Shown one piece after another: positions 13,248 through 27,571 of a DNA stretch of 64,000 nucleotides (position 1 is the first letter of the stretch; each line of letters begins with the position of its first letter). Origin of the DNA: Neocallimastix sp. 'constans' (taxonomy: Eukaryota); assembly GCA_050613775.1 (NCBI GenBank), contig JBODTK010000119.1, positions 124,001-188,000 of the forward strand, in the 5' to 3' direction. Under the pieces are notes generated by a model. That model did no database searches, had not been told where the DNA came from, and saw only the letters and a program-made list of their open reading frames with translations. A program made the translations under genes and the position numbers.

Positions 13248-14861
13248 CAATTATATGTAAAAAAAAATAAATGTATAAATAAATAAATAAATAAATAAGA
13301 AAGTAATAATATAAGTATATAAAATAAAATAAAGTAATATAAAATAAAATAAAATAAAATAAGATAAAATAAAATAAAATAAAATAAAATAAATATTGAA
13401 TATGAATATAAAGTACAGATTGAATAGAATAGAATAAAATAAAATAAATAGTAGAATATGAATATAAAGTACAGATTGAATAAAATAAAATAAAATAAAA
13501 TAAAATAAAATAAAATAAAATAAATAGTTGAAATATAAATATAAAGTACAGATTGAATAAAATAAAATAAAATAAAATAAAATAAAATAAATATTGAACA
13601 TAAATATAAGTACAGATTGAATAAAATAAAATAAAATAAAATAAAATAAATATTGAACATAAATATAAGTACAGATTGAATAAAATAAAATAAAATAAAA
13701 TAAAATAAATATTGAACATAAATATAAGTACAGATTGAATAAAATAAAATAAAATACATAGTAAAATATGAATATAAAGTATAGATTGTATAAAATAAAC
13801 TTAAATAAAATAAAATGCATAGTATAATATGAATATAAAGTATAGATTGTATAAAATAAAACAAAATAAAATAATTATTTAATATTATTTTTTATTAAAG
13901 AATATTAACGATTAATGTTTTCGAAATGAAAATTGTTAATAATCTCATTAAATATAAATATTTTTTTTTTTTTTGTTTTCTAACATATATAATTAAATAA
14001 AACATTTATTTTTAAAAATAAATTGTCTTAAACATTCTTTAATAAAAAATAATAAATATTTATTTTATTTTATTTTATATACTTGTTCTTTTATATTATC
14101 ATTCAACATTTATTTTATTTTATTTTATTTTATTTTATTTTATTTTATTTTATTTTATTTTATTTTATTTTATTTTATTTTATTTTATTTTATTTTATTT
14201 TATTTTATTTTATTTTATTTATTTTATTTTATTTTATTTTATTTTATTTTATTTTATATTATTCAATCTGTACTTTCTTATTTAATATTCTACTTTTTAT
14301 TTTATTTAATTTTATTTTATTTTATTTTATTTTATTTTATTTTATTTTATTTTATTTTATTTTATTTTATTTTATTTTATTTTTATTAATACTTTATTCT
14401 TTTATATTACTTCACTATTTATTTTATTTTATTTTATTTTATTTTATTTTATTTTATTTTATTTTATTTTATTTTATTTTATTTTATTTTATTTTATTTT
14501 ATTTTATTTTATTTTATTTTATTTTATTTTATTTTATTTTATTTTATTTTATTTTATTTTATTTTATTTTATTTTATTTTATTTTATTTTATTTTATTTT
14601 ATTTTATTTTATTTTATTTTATTTTATTTTATTTTATTTTATTTTATTTTATATACTTGTTCTTTTATATTATCATTCAACATTTATTTTATTTTATTTT
14701 ATTTTATTTTATTTTATTTTATTTTATTTTATTTTATTTTATTTTATTTTATTTTATTTTATTTTATTTTATTTTATTTTATTTTATTTTATATACTTGT
14801 TTTATATACTTGTACTTATTACATTCTTTGTTTATTTATTTATTTATTTTACAAATAATTG
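13248..14861. repeat. ~1.6-kb degenerate palindrome (foldback) of (AAAAT)n/(ATTTT)n arrays interspersed with a TATTCAATCTGTACTT core
   Basis: The outer ends match in reverse complement (CAATTATATGTAAAA at 13248 vs TTTTACAAATAATTG ending 14861). Inner segments also match (TATTTTTTATTAAAGAAT ~13885 vs ATTCTTTAATAAAAAATA ~14034). The left arm has about 8 cores and the right arm one inverted core at 14260. Confidence 0.85.
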
Positions 14862-14959
14862 AAAAACTAATTTTTCAAAATTAATATTAAGAATAATATT
14901 GAATAATTAGTATAAAAATTTTAATTATATAATTAAAAAATATTTATAAAAACATAGAA

Positions 14960-15990
14960 ATGGAAGAATACCTAATTATTGATGTAAGTGAGTCTAACAA
15001 AGGAAAAGAGCAAATTATTATTAATAAAAAGTATAAATTTAATTTTTCATATATAAGAAAAGATAATTCCAAAGTTTATAAATGTACCGAATTTAAAAAA
15101 AATAAATATATATATATTTGTTCATGGTACATTTTTTATTTCCCCTAAATTTAGTTATCAAATATTTATTACAGGAACTTATGCTAAAGAATTAGATAGT
15201 TCTTACACTACTTCTTTTGCAATATTAAAAAATAAAGAACAAGAAATATATAAAATATTATTTGAAAAATTAAAAAAAAAAAAAAATACTAATACTTGTA
15301 ATAATTAATTTTTTTGGTTCAATTATAATATTGAACCAAAAAATTTGTATTGTAATGTTGAAAGGAACATATCTAAAGCAGCAAAAGCAATATTTCCTAA
15401 TACAAATATTAAATATTGCATTTGGCTTTATAAAAAATCACTAGAAATTAAAAAAAAATAAATTGTGCTAAAATGAAGTAAAAAATGATAATAATATATT
15501 TATTTATTATAAAGCTATTTCAAATTTACCATTTATAAATCCTGAATACATATTTGATATTTATGTTATAATTAAAATTAAATCTATTAAAAATAATTAT
15601 TGTCAATTTTTAAAATTTTTAAAATATTTTTATAAAATATATTTAGTTGGTTATAATATTAAAATTTGGAATTATTATAATAATATGGAACATATGACAA
15701 ACAATGCCTCAGAATCACTCAATAATTATTTAAATAATTTATTTCCAACAAAACTATCTTATTATGAATTAATAGATAAATTAAATGAACTTGAACATTT
15801 ATCATATTATGATTATCAAAGAAAAATAAGAGGAATTTGGAAAATAAAAAAAAAGAGCAATAAATAAAGCTAATGAAATCAATGCCTTAATTGAACGCTA
15901 CAAAAATATTGAAGTCAAGTTAATTAATGCTAAATGTGATAGAAATAATATTATTAATTTGTTGTTGGATTGTTTAATTTATAAAGCTTA
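14960..15990 (+). pseudogene. MULE transposase pseudogene (internally deleted, frameshifted)
   Basis: FLYWCH-like start SESNKGKEQIIINKKYKFNF...VYKCTEF. MULE core TSFAILKNKEQEIYKILF and YCNVERNISKAAKAIFPNTNIKYCIWLY (decayed DFE...FP...CxWH). C-terminal TNNASESLNNYLN motif. Confidence 0.88.
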
Positions 15991-18865
15991 TTAAATTAAT
16001 ACAGTTTAAATAAATATTCAAATACATCTTTATAATTAATAAATTTATCATTATAATTATTTTTTTTTACATTTAAATAAAAGAATTATTATTAATAACA
16101 TTTATATTTTTATATTTTTAGTAATATTTATATTTTTATATATTTTTTTTATTAATAGCATTTAATTAAAAGAATAATTATTAATAAGATTTATATTTTT
16201 ATATAATTCTTTTATTAATTACATATAAATTAAAGAATTAAAATCATAAAATCTAACCATTAATTGATTTATTTAATTATTCACTTAATAATTAATTTAA
16301 AAATTGAAATAACAAAATAATACAATAGAATAATATTATGTAGCATAATATAGCTATAGCCACATATTTATATACATCACGTGAAAAAATTGGCGTAATG
16401 CAACCTCCCCTTGTATTTGAATGCCAATATATGCTGATATATGTTTATATAATAGTATATGTGCAATTAATAGCTGTGATATATATATGAACAATATTAC
16501 TAGTTTTAGGTATTCAAATACAATAATAATATAGTTTTATGATTTGAATATTTTTATTTATAATAAATATTTTTAATTATATATTATTTATTACTTTTAT
16601 ATTTTATTTATTAATTATTTTTTACAAATACTTTGTATTATTAATTTTTTATTTAAATTATTTAATTATTTATTTAAATTACATTTAATATTTACTATTA
16701 TTTGTTTTTTCTTTTTTATTAATATAATTGTTTTATTAATATATTATTTATATTATTTCCATATTTTCTGTTTATTTTAGAAAAAAGAAATAAAAAATTA
16801 TTTACATATATTATAGTATATTTTAATTTATAATACTATTTAGTAACAAACCGTCAATGGTTAGTTTAATTTAGATTTAAATGCCACAATAATTCAAGTT
16901 TAAATCAAAAAAAAAAAAATAATATTAATATATTGCATATAATAAAAAATATATGTTAAAAATAACTATCATTTTATTTAAATTAATATATTATAAATAT
17001 ATTAAAGTTAAGTTAATATTATAAAATTTTTTTATTTTGTGTTTTTTAGGAAATTTTTATTTTTATTTTTATTAATTTTGGTTATTTTTAAGGATGAAAA
17101 AAATTTTGTTACAAGCACATATTATATAGTATATTATAATATATAATAAACAATAATAATAAGCTTCACTTTTATATATTTGAGTATTACACAAAGTAAA
17201 TTATTAAATTATAATAATTAAGCTTTGTTACAAACTTTATATATAGTATAAAATATTTTTTTATTATGATAAAGAATTGTAATACCTTAAAAAATACAAA
17301 ATAAAAAAAATTAATAATTTACAAAATAAAAATAAATAAATAAATAAATAGATAAATAAATAAATAGATAAATAAATATATGAATAAATAGATAGATAAA
17401 TAAATAGATAAATAAATAAATAAATAAACAAACAAACAAATAAGCAAATAAATAAATAAAAAGTAAATAAATAAATAAATAAATAAACAAATTAATACAA
17501 ATTATAGTTGTAGAAAGTTCTCAATGCGATTATTATAATTTTAAGGTCATACATGGTTCTAAAGAGTTCCTAAAGGGAATAATATAATCATTTTATCTTA
17601 TTAATTAATCATTTTTATTAAAATATATATATTTTTTACTATTTACTTTAAATATTAATCAAAAATAATAACTAATATCAATAATTCATCAAGGAAAAAA
17701 AAGGACATATATAGTTATTGATTATATGGTTATATCTAATATTTTTTTTATTTATAAAAAAAAAAAATTATATTTAATAATATATTTATATATATTGCAA
17801 TAAAATATATAATAAAAATATTAATTTAATAAATAGATTGTATTTTAATTCTAATAATTGTAAATTAAATATATCTAGTATAAAATATTAATATCAAAAA
17901 AAAAAAAAAAAAAAAGTTTAAAAATATATTATTAATATATATTATCAAATTAATATTAATAAACTATAATTAATATAATTAATAAATTGTGTTATTTAAT
18001 TAAATTTATTTATTTATTTGTTTTTTTTTATAAGATTTTTATTTCTTTTCATTTCTTTTTTTTTGTAGATAAAAATAATTTTGATTTTGGGTTTATACAA
18101 CAAATAGAAAAATGAAAGTTGTATATTCTAAACTCTTAAAATATTATATTTATTAAATTTCATCATTTATAATAATTATAAAAACAATTAAAGCAAGATA
18201 ATTTATATTTTTATTTTTGAATATTATTTTTTCATTTATTGCTTATAATTTATTTGTTAATATAGTAAAAAAAATTGAAATTAAGGTATATTAATATTAG
18301 AAATAATTAATCAGGAAACAAATAGATATATGTTTTTACAAATATATTAATTTATTATTATTATTATTATTATTATTTTATTCAAATTTAATATACATTG
18401 ATATAAGAATAACATTTTTTATTTAAACCAACTAGAACAAAAATATAAATATAAAAATAAAAAAATTAATATATATATATTAATTTTTAAATAAATTCAA
18501 TGAATAGAATTAATTATATAATTATACATATAAAAATAAAAATAATAAAATATTATTTTATACTAAATAATTAAAGGAGAAATTTACATTTTTTTTTTTT
18601 TTTTTTTTTTTTAGAGAAAAAAAATATATAATACATAACTTTAAAATTATTAGTTTATTAATGATAAATTTATGCAAACAGATATTAAAAATATAAATAG
18701 AATTTATATAAATATTTAATGTATATAAATATTTATGATATTAATATATAATTTTTATTTTATATATTATTTTTATATCATTTAAAATAATCTTATTAGT
18801 TTAATATTATATATATATTAAAATAGATTTTTCATATTTATAATAATTAAAAAAGTATAATAAAA

Positions 18866-20861
18866 ATGGGTAACGCTAAGTCAAAGAATTCGAGATATGA
18901 TTCTTATTCAGTGAAGGGTCCGCCAACTAGATCCAATAGTGACCCATCAAGTATATATATTTATTCTCAAAAACAAAATCATAGTCAAAAGAAACATTCA
19001 AGAAAACAAAAAGTGAGTTCAAAGACAGGGTCAAAAATTAATCATGGTAGTAGTAATTCTGTTACTCTACCTTCAACATCTTCTTCATTCTCAATGCTAA
19101 ATGATACAAAAGGTGAAATAATTTTAGCTACTTCAACTCCAAATGAATATTCAATATCTTTACCACAATCTAAATATTCATCATCTGCTAAACAATATTC
19201 CAGTTCACAAAACTTATTGCAAGAAGATTCTTCATCCAAACCAGGAGATTATCTTAACCTTGAAGAAGAATTTAAAAAGTTAAATATCAATTTTGAGACT
19301 GACTTAATGTCATTTATTAATTTTTCAAATGATACCATAAAAGAAACAGAAAAAATAAAAGAAACAGAAAAAATAAAAGAAACAGAAGATGAAAATAAGA
19401 CATATATTCATCATTATGGAAAAAGTGAAACTAAGAAACCAACTTCATTGTTCGAAAGTGGAAGCAAGACATCATATAATCATAATGAAACTGAAAAACC
19501 AATAGTATCATTACAAAATGAAAGTAAAACATCGTATCGTAACGAAACGAATAAGTTGGAATTATCACTAGAAACTGAAAGCCTATATAGTAGTGAAACT
19601 AAAAAGTCATCATTATCGTTAGAAAATGAAAGCAAAAAATCACATATTAATTCTAAACAAAGTAAAGAGGATATAAATAAATATTCAAGACTTGGTCTTG
19701 AAGAAAATATAGCTTTAAGACAAGGTAAGGAAGAATTAAAAAAATCATCAAAAAAAGCCAAAGAAGGTTTAAATAGTAAACAATCCTCAAGACATCATCA
19801 TAGTAGAAATGAAAAAAGAAAGTCATCACAAGATAATAGTGAAGATATAAGAAGATCGTCAAAGCTTAATAATGATGAACTAAGAAGCTCATTAAAACAA
19901 AATAGTGATGAATTAAAGAAATCAACAACAAATAAAATTGAAAATTTAATTGTACAATCAATTTCTGGAGACTATCCAACTAGAAGAAATGATATTTCCT
20001 CAAAAAATCATATTGAAAATTATCCATCACGGCAAAATGATTATGTATCATCAGATTTAAAATTACATAAAACTTTGCCCGTACCATCTACAGATGAACT
20101 TAATAATTTTATGGTAAAGTTCAATAATATATAAAATTAATTAATTTTTTTTTTATATTAATAATAAATGTCTTTAATGTATATATATATATAAATATTT
20201 AATTATAATATTTTTTTTATTGTGATCAAAACAAAATAGGATGATTTATCATTAACAAGTGAAATGAGAAATTTCGTTAAAACACTTCCTAATTCCCAAA
20301 AAAGGGAATTACTTCAGGAACGTTACTATCCTAATGTAAATATAATTAAATATAATTAAATATATATTTTAAATATTATATAATTATATATTTAAATTTA
20401 AAATAAAATTTTATATTTTTTTATTTTTTATTTTTTATTTTTTTTTTAATTTTTTCAATATTTATTTATTAATAAAAATTAGGGAAATGATTCATCAGAA
20501 ATATATTGTATTTCATATACCCAAAAATTAAAAGAAAATCCATTTGATAAAGAAGCTCTCTCTGATATTGCCTTCGCATTACATACACATACCGTATCAG
20601 ATATGATTGATAAGTTTATTAGTTATGGTGGTTTACATTTATTATTATCGAATTTAAGAAAATTAGAAGAAGATGATAAGTATGTTAAAAAAAAATGAAG
20701 TTATTAAAATTTATAATCATTGTTTTAAATCAAAAGTTTTAATTTTTTTTTATTTACTTATTATAATGAAAAAATTGATAATAAGAAATTATGATTCAAG
20801 TTATGATGAACTGGAATCGTTGTATATTCAATGTATAAAAGCGATTATGAACCATGGTGTA

Positions 20862-20896
<35 letters not shown>

Positions 20897-23800
20897 CTAT
20901 CTCTCTATTGATTCAATATATTAAACTATAATATATTTCATTTTTTATAATTATATAGTCTGGTTTAGACAATATGATGGATGATCCAAAATCAATTGTT
21001 GTTATTGCTCTTTGTTTAAGATCAACATCATTAAGAACTCGTTGTTTAGCATCTGAAATTTTAGGAGCTGTTTGTCTGATACCAAAGGGACATAATTATG
21101 TTTTGCAAGCTTTAACAGATTTTAAAGATATTGCAGGAGAAACAAAAAGATTTGAAACAATTGTTAGAGATTTAATTTTAGACAGAAGAAGACAATATAA
21201 GAATGAATTATTAGATAGAGATTTACAACTTGCATCATTATCATTAATTAATGCTCTTATTAGTGGTGGTTATACTAAATTTGATATTGAGTTTAGAACA
21301 CATTTACGTTATGAATTTACTAATTTAGGCATACTTGAAATTCTTGAGGTAAATATCAAAAAAAAAAAAAATTGAATATTTATTTTTATTGTTATGGATA
21401 CTGAATTAAAAAGAATAAATAAACAAAAATTTAAATATTTATTTTATTAATAATAATAATTATAATATATATATATATATATGATTTTTTTTAAAAAAAT
21501 ATTTTAGAAATTAAAAATTTTAAATGATGATAGAATTAATAACCAAATAATTATTTTTGAAAAAAGTGCTAATGAAGATGAAGAAGAATTATATAAGAGA
21601 TTTAATTATAATTCTAATAATTCAGATGCTGTATTATTATTTGAATCTTTAAATAATTCCATGAAAGATACCAGATGTTATAAATATTTCATTAATATGT
21701 TGAAACATTCATTATTAATGCCAAAGGATTCTGGTGAAAGAACTGCTATGTGGATGTTAATTGATCAATTAACTCAAAATATTGTATTAAAAAATAATGA
21801 AGAACATTCTGATCCACAAGCCGCTCTTTTAGATATTAATGTAGAAAGAGTTATTAGTGATATCAAGACAATGGAAAACGTATTAAGTAGACAAGAAAGT
21901 ATTAATAGTGCCCCATCTTCACCAAAAATTTCACCAAGATCAGGTCATTCTCGGTCACTTTCTCATTCATATAGTCAAAAACGTAAGCAACCACAAAATA
22001 GAAGAAAAAGTATTAGTAGAAAAATTAGTTTTGATTCAAGTTTAAATCGTTCTTCTAGTGAATTATCTTCTAGTGGTGATATTTCAGCAAGAAATAGTAT
22101 TAAAAGAAGAACAACTGCTTATAGTTCCTATTCAAAGAAGAAGAAGCATACATCTTATGGTAAAAAAGCTAAATATGTAAGTTTATTAGAACTATTTTTT
22201 TTATTTTTATTTTTATTTATTTATTTATTTATGTTTAATTTTTTTTATTCACTCTCTACATTATATTTATATTTCCACTATTTATTTTTTATTTTATTTT
22301 ATTTTATTTAATTTAATTTAATTTAATTTAATTTAATTTAATTTATTTTTATTAATATTTTAATAATATTTTATATTACTTCACTATTTATATTATGTTA
22401 TTTTTTTTTTTAAATTTAATATAATTATAAATTTTTATGACAATAAATTGATTGTTAATAAATATATTTTTTTATTTTATCAATAAAGGTCGTTTTAAAG
22501 ACTTCTTTAGTTAAAAAAATTAATGAAATTGCTACTTTAAATGCTCAACTTAATGAAAAGAAAAAAGAACTCACAATTCTTGAACAAACACTCGATAGAC
22601 AAGCAAAAGAAGCTGCTAGAAGAGATGAACTTGAAGCTTCATTCTATATGAGTGAATCTTCATCGTACAGTGATTCAAAGTATAATTTAAAATCGGCTTC
22701 TTCAACAGAATCATTTAATAGAAACTCGATGATTTCAAAAGATTCCGGTAAGTTAATATTGAGTATTAAATATATATTATAATAATGCTAATATATAAAT
22801 AAAAAATAATAATAATAAAATAGTGAAATTAGTTAATAAGGAAAAGTTTTTTTAAAAAATAAGATAACATAAGAAATTTTTTTAGTTAAAAATTAATATA
22901 TTTTTTATTAAATTATTATAATTAATTATTATTCTTAATTTAATTAAATTTAATTTGATAATTATTTGTTTAATTATTAAAACCCAAAATCTTAATAAAT
23001 TATTTCTATTGAAATGTATTAATGTATTATATTTAATAAATAATATAATAGACCTTGATGAAAATTCAACGGTGGATGAGTCATATCCCTCAAGTACTCC
23101 TTCATCTCCATTATTACCAAATCGTTTAACTGTAAAAGGAATAAAAAATAATAATAACAGATTAAGTTTAACTCTTCCTTCACCACCCCAATCTATAATT
23201 ATTCCAGTTCCCACTGAAACAATTACTAATAAAAATTCTATTTCAGATACTGTAGTTTCTTCGAAAATTCCACCACCTCCACCACCTCCACCAGTTATGA
23301 TTACAGATGCAAATATAAATAATATTAAATCAAAATCAAATATTCCACCCCCTCCACCACCTCCACCTGTTATAATTACAGATGCTAACATTAACACTAT
23401 CACTAATCCTAAATCAAATATACCACCCCCTCCACCTCCTCCTCCAGTTATATTTTCATCTAACACTACTATTAAATCAAATATTCCTCCACCCCCTCCA
23501 CCACCACCTATGCCAAATAATAGTACTATTAAATCAAATATCCCTCCACCCCCTCCACCACCACCTATGCCAAATAATAGTACTACTAAATCAAATATCC
23601 CTCCACCCCCTCCACCACCACCTATGCCAAATAATAGTACTACTAAATCAAATATCCCTCCACCCCCTCCACCACCACCTATGCCATATAATAGTACTAC
23701 TAAATCAAATATTCCTCCACCCCCTCCACCACCACCTATGCTAAATAATAGTACTACTAAATCAAATATCCCTCCACCCCCTCCACCACCACCTATGCCA

Positions 23801-26215
23801 AATAATAGTACTACTAAATCAAATATTCCTCCACCTCCACCACCGCCACCTATGCTAAATAATAGTACTGCTAAATCAAATATTCCTCCACCCCCTCCAC
23901 CACCAGTGTCTGGTTCTTCTGTTCCACCACCACCCCCTCCTCCATTGGCTATAAATCAAAATAGATTTAATACTATCTCAGCTAAACCACCAGTTGCCCC
24001 AGGAATGATAAATAGACATGTTGGTATTTTAGCTAAGAGAACAAATCTTTCATCTAAACCATTAAAATCATTAAATTGGACGAAACTTCCTCCATATTTA
24101 ATTGGTGAAACAATTTGGAAAGATATTGATGATACTGTGGTTTTAGAAGAATTAACTGATGAACTTCCAAAATTTGAAGATATTTTCTCTGCTTTCCAAC
24201 GTAAAAAGAAGGTTATTGAAAAAACTGAAGACCAAGAATTACCACTAGTTAGATCTCAAACTAAGAAGTTAGTAACGTTCCTTGATCCAAAAAGATCACA
24301 AAATTGTTGTATTATGCTTCGTGCTGTTAAACTGGATTCTCAACAAATTAGAAAAGCTTTAATGACTGCAGATCATCATAATCTTAGTAAGGATATTATT
24401 CCGGAACTTTTAAAATTCTGTCCAACAGAAGAAGAATATGCTCTTGTTAAAATGTATGAAAATAGTGATGAAAAATTTGATTTGGCAGAAAGGTTCTTTT
24501 TAGATATTTCAAAAATTGATCATTATGAAGATAGATTGAAGGCACTTCAATTTAAATGTTGTTTCCAAGAATATATTGATGATATCTTTACTATGATTAA
24601 CTGGTATGATAGTGCTTCTAATGATTTAATTAAAAGTAAAAATTTTAAAAATGTCTTAAAGATTATTTTAGCTTTAGGTAACTATATGAATTCTGGTAAT
24701 CGTGGTGGTGCCTATGGATTCCAAATTAATAGTATTGATAAATTAGTTGATACAAAGACAGTTTATAATAATAGAAGAATATCTTTAATGAATTATCTTG
24801 TTAGTCTTATTCAAAATACATATCCGGATGTTCTTAATTTCAGAGATGAATTAAAACATATAGAAGATGGTGTTAAAGTTAATCCTTCTATTATTCAAGG
24901 TCTTTTCGTTGTTATGAAAGCTGGTATTAGAGATCTTAAATCCTTAGTTCGTGTTCTTAAAAGACAAAAGAATAATAAAATGAAAAAATTAGAAGCAAAT
25001 AAAAGTGAAAGTGAAAATAAAAATGTAAATAAAAATGAAAATAAAGATAATGAAAATAGAGATAATGAAATTAAAGATAAAGAAATTAAAGATAAAGAAA
25101 TTAAAGATAAAGAAATAAAAGATGGAGAAATAAAAGATGGAGAAACAAAAACAGAAGAAGAAGAGGAAGAAGATACCTTTGCTGATGTTATGGATGAATT
25201 TATAGAAACAGCTGTTAATAAAAGCGAATCATTAGAAAAAATGTATGAAAATGCTCAAAAACAATATCAAAGGGTATTAAAACTTTATGGTGAAGATTCT
25301 AAGAAAACTCCAGAAGAATTCTTTGAAATTTTTAATGTTTTTCTTCGAGAATTTGAAGAAGCTAAACAAGAAAATGAAAAAGCTGAGAAACAGGCTCTTC
25401 AAAAAAAGAAAAGAGAAAAAATGCTTCAGGAACAAAAGGAAAAACGTGAACTTTTAAAGGAAAAGAAATTGTTAAATAGAAAATTCTCAGAAATGACTTT
25501 AACTGTTAAAAATTCTGATAAGTTTAAAGCATTGAATAAGGCCAGTCTTGAAGATGTTAAAGAAAAGTTTAAGGCTTTAAGTATAAAAGATGTTAGTACA
25601 GAAGTTTCTTCTGAAACTAAAGCTGAAAAGAAGACAGAAGAAACTCAAACTTTAACAAAAAAATCTAGTATTGCTTCTACTACTACATCCACTACTGCTA
25701 CTACTAAATCTAAAATTAATAATGAAGAAGATAAGAAACAAAATGATACTAAAACTATTACCACTAATACTGAAGTTACAGTAAATAATGAATCTATGAA
25801 ACAAAATGTAAAGAAAGAAAAGATTACTACCACTGTAACCACAACTCAAACTATTACTACTACTACAACAACCACTACTACTGTTGAATCAGAAGCTGTT
25901 GAAACTGAACATAATAAAGTAGAAATTAATTCTGCTTTACAAACTCCAATTAAAAATGAAATTATTTCAACTAATGGTAGTGAAAAAATTAATCTTTTAA
26001 AGAAAATAAAGAGTGTACCAAATATTCATGTTGATGAGTCTGTTCTTTATACATATTCCAATGAAGATGTTAATTCTGAAAATAATGATCTTAAGGAACA
26101 ATCTATCATTATGGAAGAACCAGCTGAGGATGAAACTCAACCAAAAATTGATTATTTAATTTATGATGTTATTAGTGGAAGAGCTTTTTCTAGTGATAAT
26201 AAGATAATCGCTTAA
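18866..26215 (+). CDS. Diaphanous-related formin (GBD/FH3-FH1-FH2-DAD), about 8 exons
   Basis: Approximate exons 18866-20113, 20240-20335, 20483-20680, 20786-20858, 20959-21348, 21508-22176, 22489-22747, 23052-26215. GBD/FH3 motifs CIKAIMNH and EILGAVCLIPKGHNYVLQAL. Poly-Pro FH1. FH2 motifs LKSLNWTKL, LDPKRSQNCCIML and ALGNYMNSG.RGGAYGF. DAD-like IDYLIYDVISGRAF. Confidence 0.95.
23470..23905 (+). repeat. 57-bp coding tandem repeat (KSNIPPPPPPPPMPNNSTT) in the formin FH1
   Basis: About 7-8 near-identical 19-aa units visible in both DNA and protein. Confidence 0.92.
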
Positions 26216-27335
26216 ATCAAATAAATAATATAATACAAATATTTTTTTATTTATAATAATTCCTTCCTTCTAAAACAAAATATCAACAGCTACAAATACA
26301 GTAGCAAAAAAAAAAAAAAAAAAAAAAAAAATTGACTCAAAGTAAAAATTTAATTACTCATTTTTTAATCATTTAATTATTTATTTTAACTTTTTATTTT
26401 TAATTTTTTTAGTAATTTTTTTTTTGTAAATTTTTTTTTAATCTCAAACATTATAGAAATATATATATATATATTTTCTTTAAATAATACAAAATAATAA
26501 TAATAATAAATATTTTATTATTATTATAGTTATTTTTAATATATATTTATTATATATATATTAAAGTAAAGAAAGACAGTAACTTTATATAATATTTGAA
26601 AAAGTATATTGTAAAAAGAAGATTATTTATTTATTTCAATAATATATATTTATTATCTTTTAATTTTAATTTTTATTTAAATATTTTACAATATTAAACT
26701 TGTTTAGTAATTAACGAAATATACATACATACATGCACACATATTATTTTATTTATTTTTTATTATTATTTTTTTATTTTTTTATTTTTTTTTTAATTTT
26801 TAAATTCTTCTTATTAATATTATTATTTTATTTAATTATTTTATTTTTATATTTTATATTGATAATATTTTCTTAAAAAATGATAAAATTTTTAATTACT
26901 ACTATTATTATTATTTTATAATTATAAAACAATAATAAATACTTACTAAGAAATAATTAATTACTAATAACTAATAATAATAAAAATCAAATAATAAATA
27001 ATAAACAATAAATAATAATAATATAATAATAATAATAAAATATTTAATAAATATAATTAAATAAATAATAATGATTAAAACTCAATAAATTTATTATATA
27101 TATATATATATTTTTATTTTTTATTTTTATTTTTATTATTTTTATTATTATTATTTTTTTTTATTTTAATTTTTTTTTCTAATTTTTATTTTTAATTTTT
27201 ATTTTTAATTTTTATTTTTAATTTTTATTTTTAATTTTTATTTTTAATTTTTAATTTTTAATTTTTTTTAATATATTAAATTTTCAGAATTCTTTTTAAT
27301 ATTATGCCTTTTATTATTAGTAATTTTTACATTTT

Positions 27336-27571
27336 CATCAATTTGAATACCATTAGACATACTGTTGTCAAGAGCACCGGTGTAGATGATTTCTGATATA
27401 GATTATTATGATTTTTATCCAGAATTGATGAATGGGAAGAGTTAGAGGGTCATTTCGTCCTCGAAACTCTTATGGTAGTTTTTTAATTTTAATGTAAAAA
27501 TTTCATGTATTTCTATTTTCATGTATTTTTTTAATAAATATTTATTAAATTAAGTTTATTACAAATCTTCA

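Larger units (their letters stand above)
13146..16410 (+). mobile_element. Mutator-like DNA transposon (MULE), defective, with TIRs and 9-bp TSD
   Basis: TTGTATTTG flanks the element at 13137-13145 and 16411-16419. Left end GAATGTGGTGCATTTCACCAATTTTT; reverse complement of right end GGGGAGGTTGCATTACGCCAATTTTT. A transposase relic lies inside. Confidence 0.88.

Noticed and set aside
13395..13860. CRISPR-like look of regularly spaced AAGTACAGATTGAATA repeats
   Set aside because: The spacers are just AAAAT runs rather than unique sequence. No cas genes are present and the context is eukaryotic.
13160..14884. Five long F/Y/I/L-rich ORFs
   Set aside because: They are translations of (ATTTT)n arrays, which lack stop codons on one strand. 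Not credible proteins.
22955..23051. N-terminus of the 1086-aa ORF as a separate gene start
   Set aside because: It starts at TTG in AT-rich intron sequence. The real exon begins after the AG at ~23051 and joins the upstream GBD/FH3 exons.
19042..25849. Antisense or alternate-frame ORFs within the formin (including the poly-Gly 194-aa and His-rich 120-aa ORFs)
   Set aside because: Shadows of the formin coding sequence and its poly-Pro repeats.
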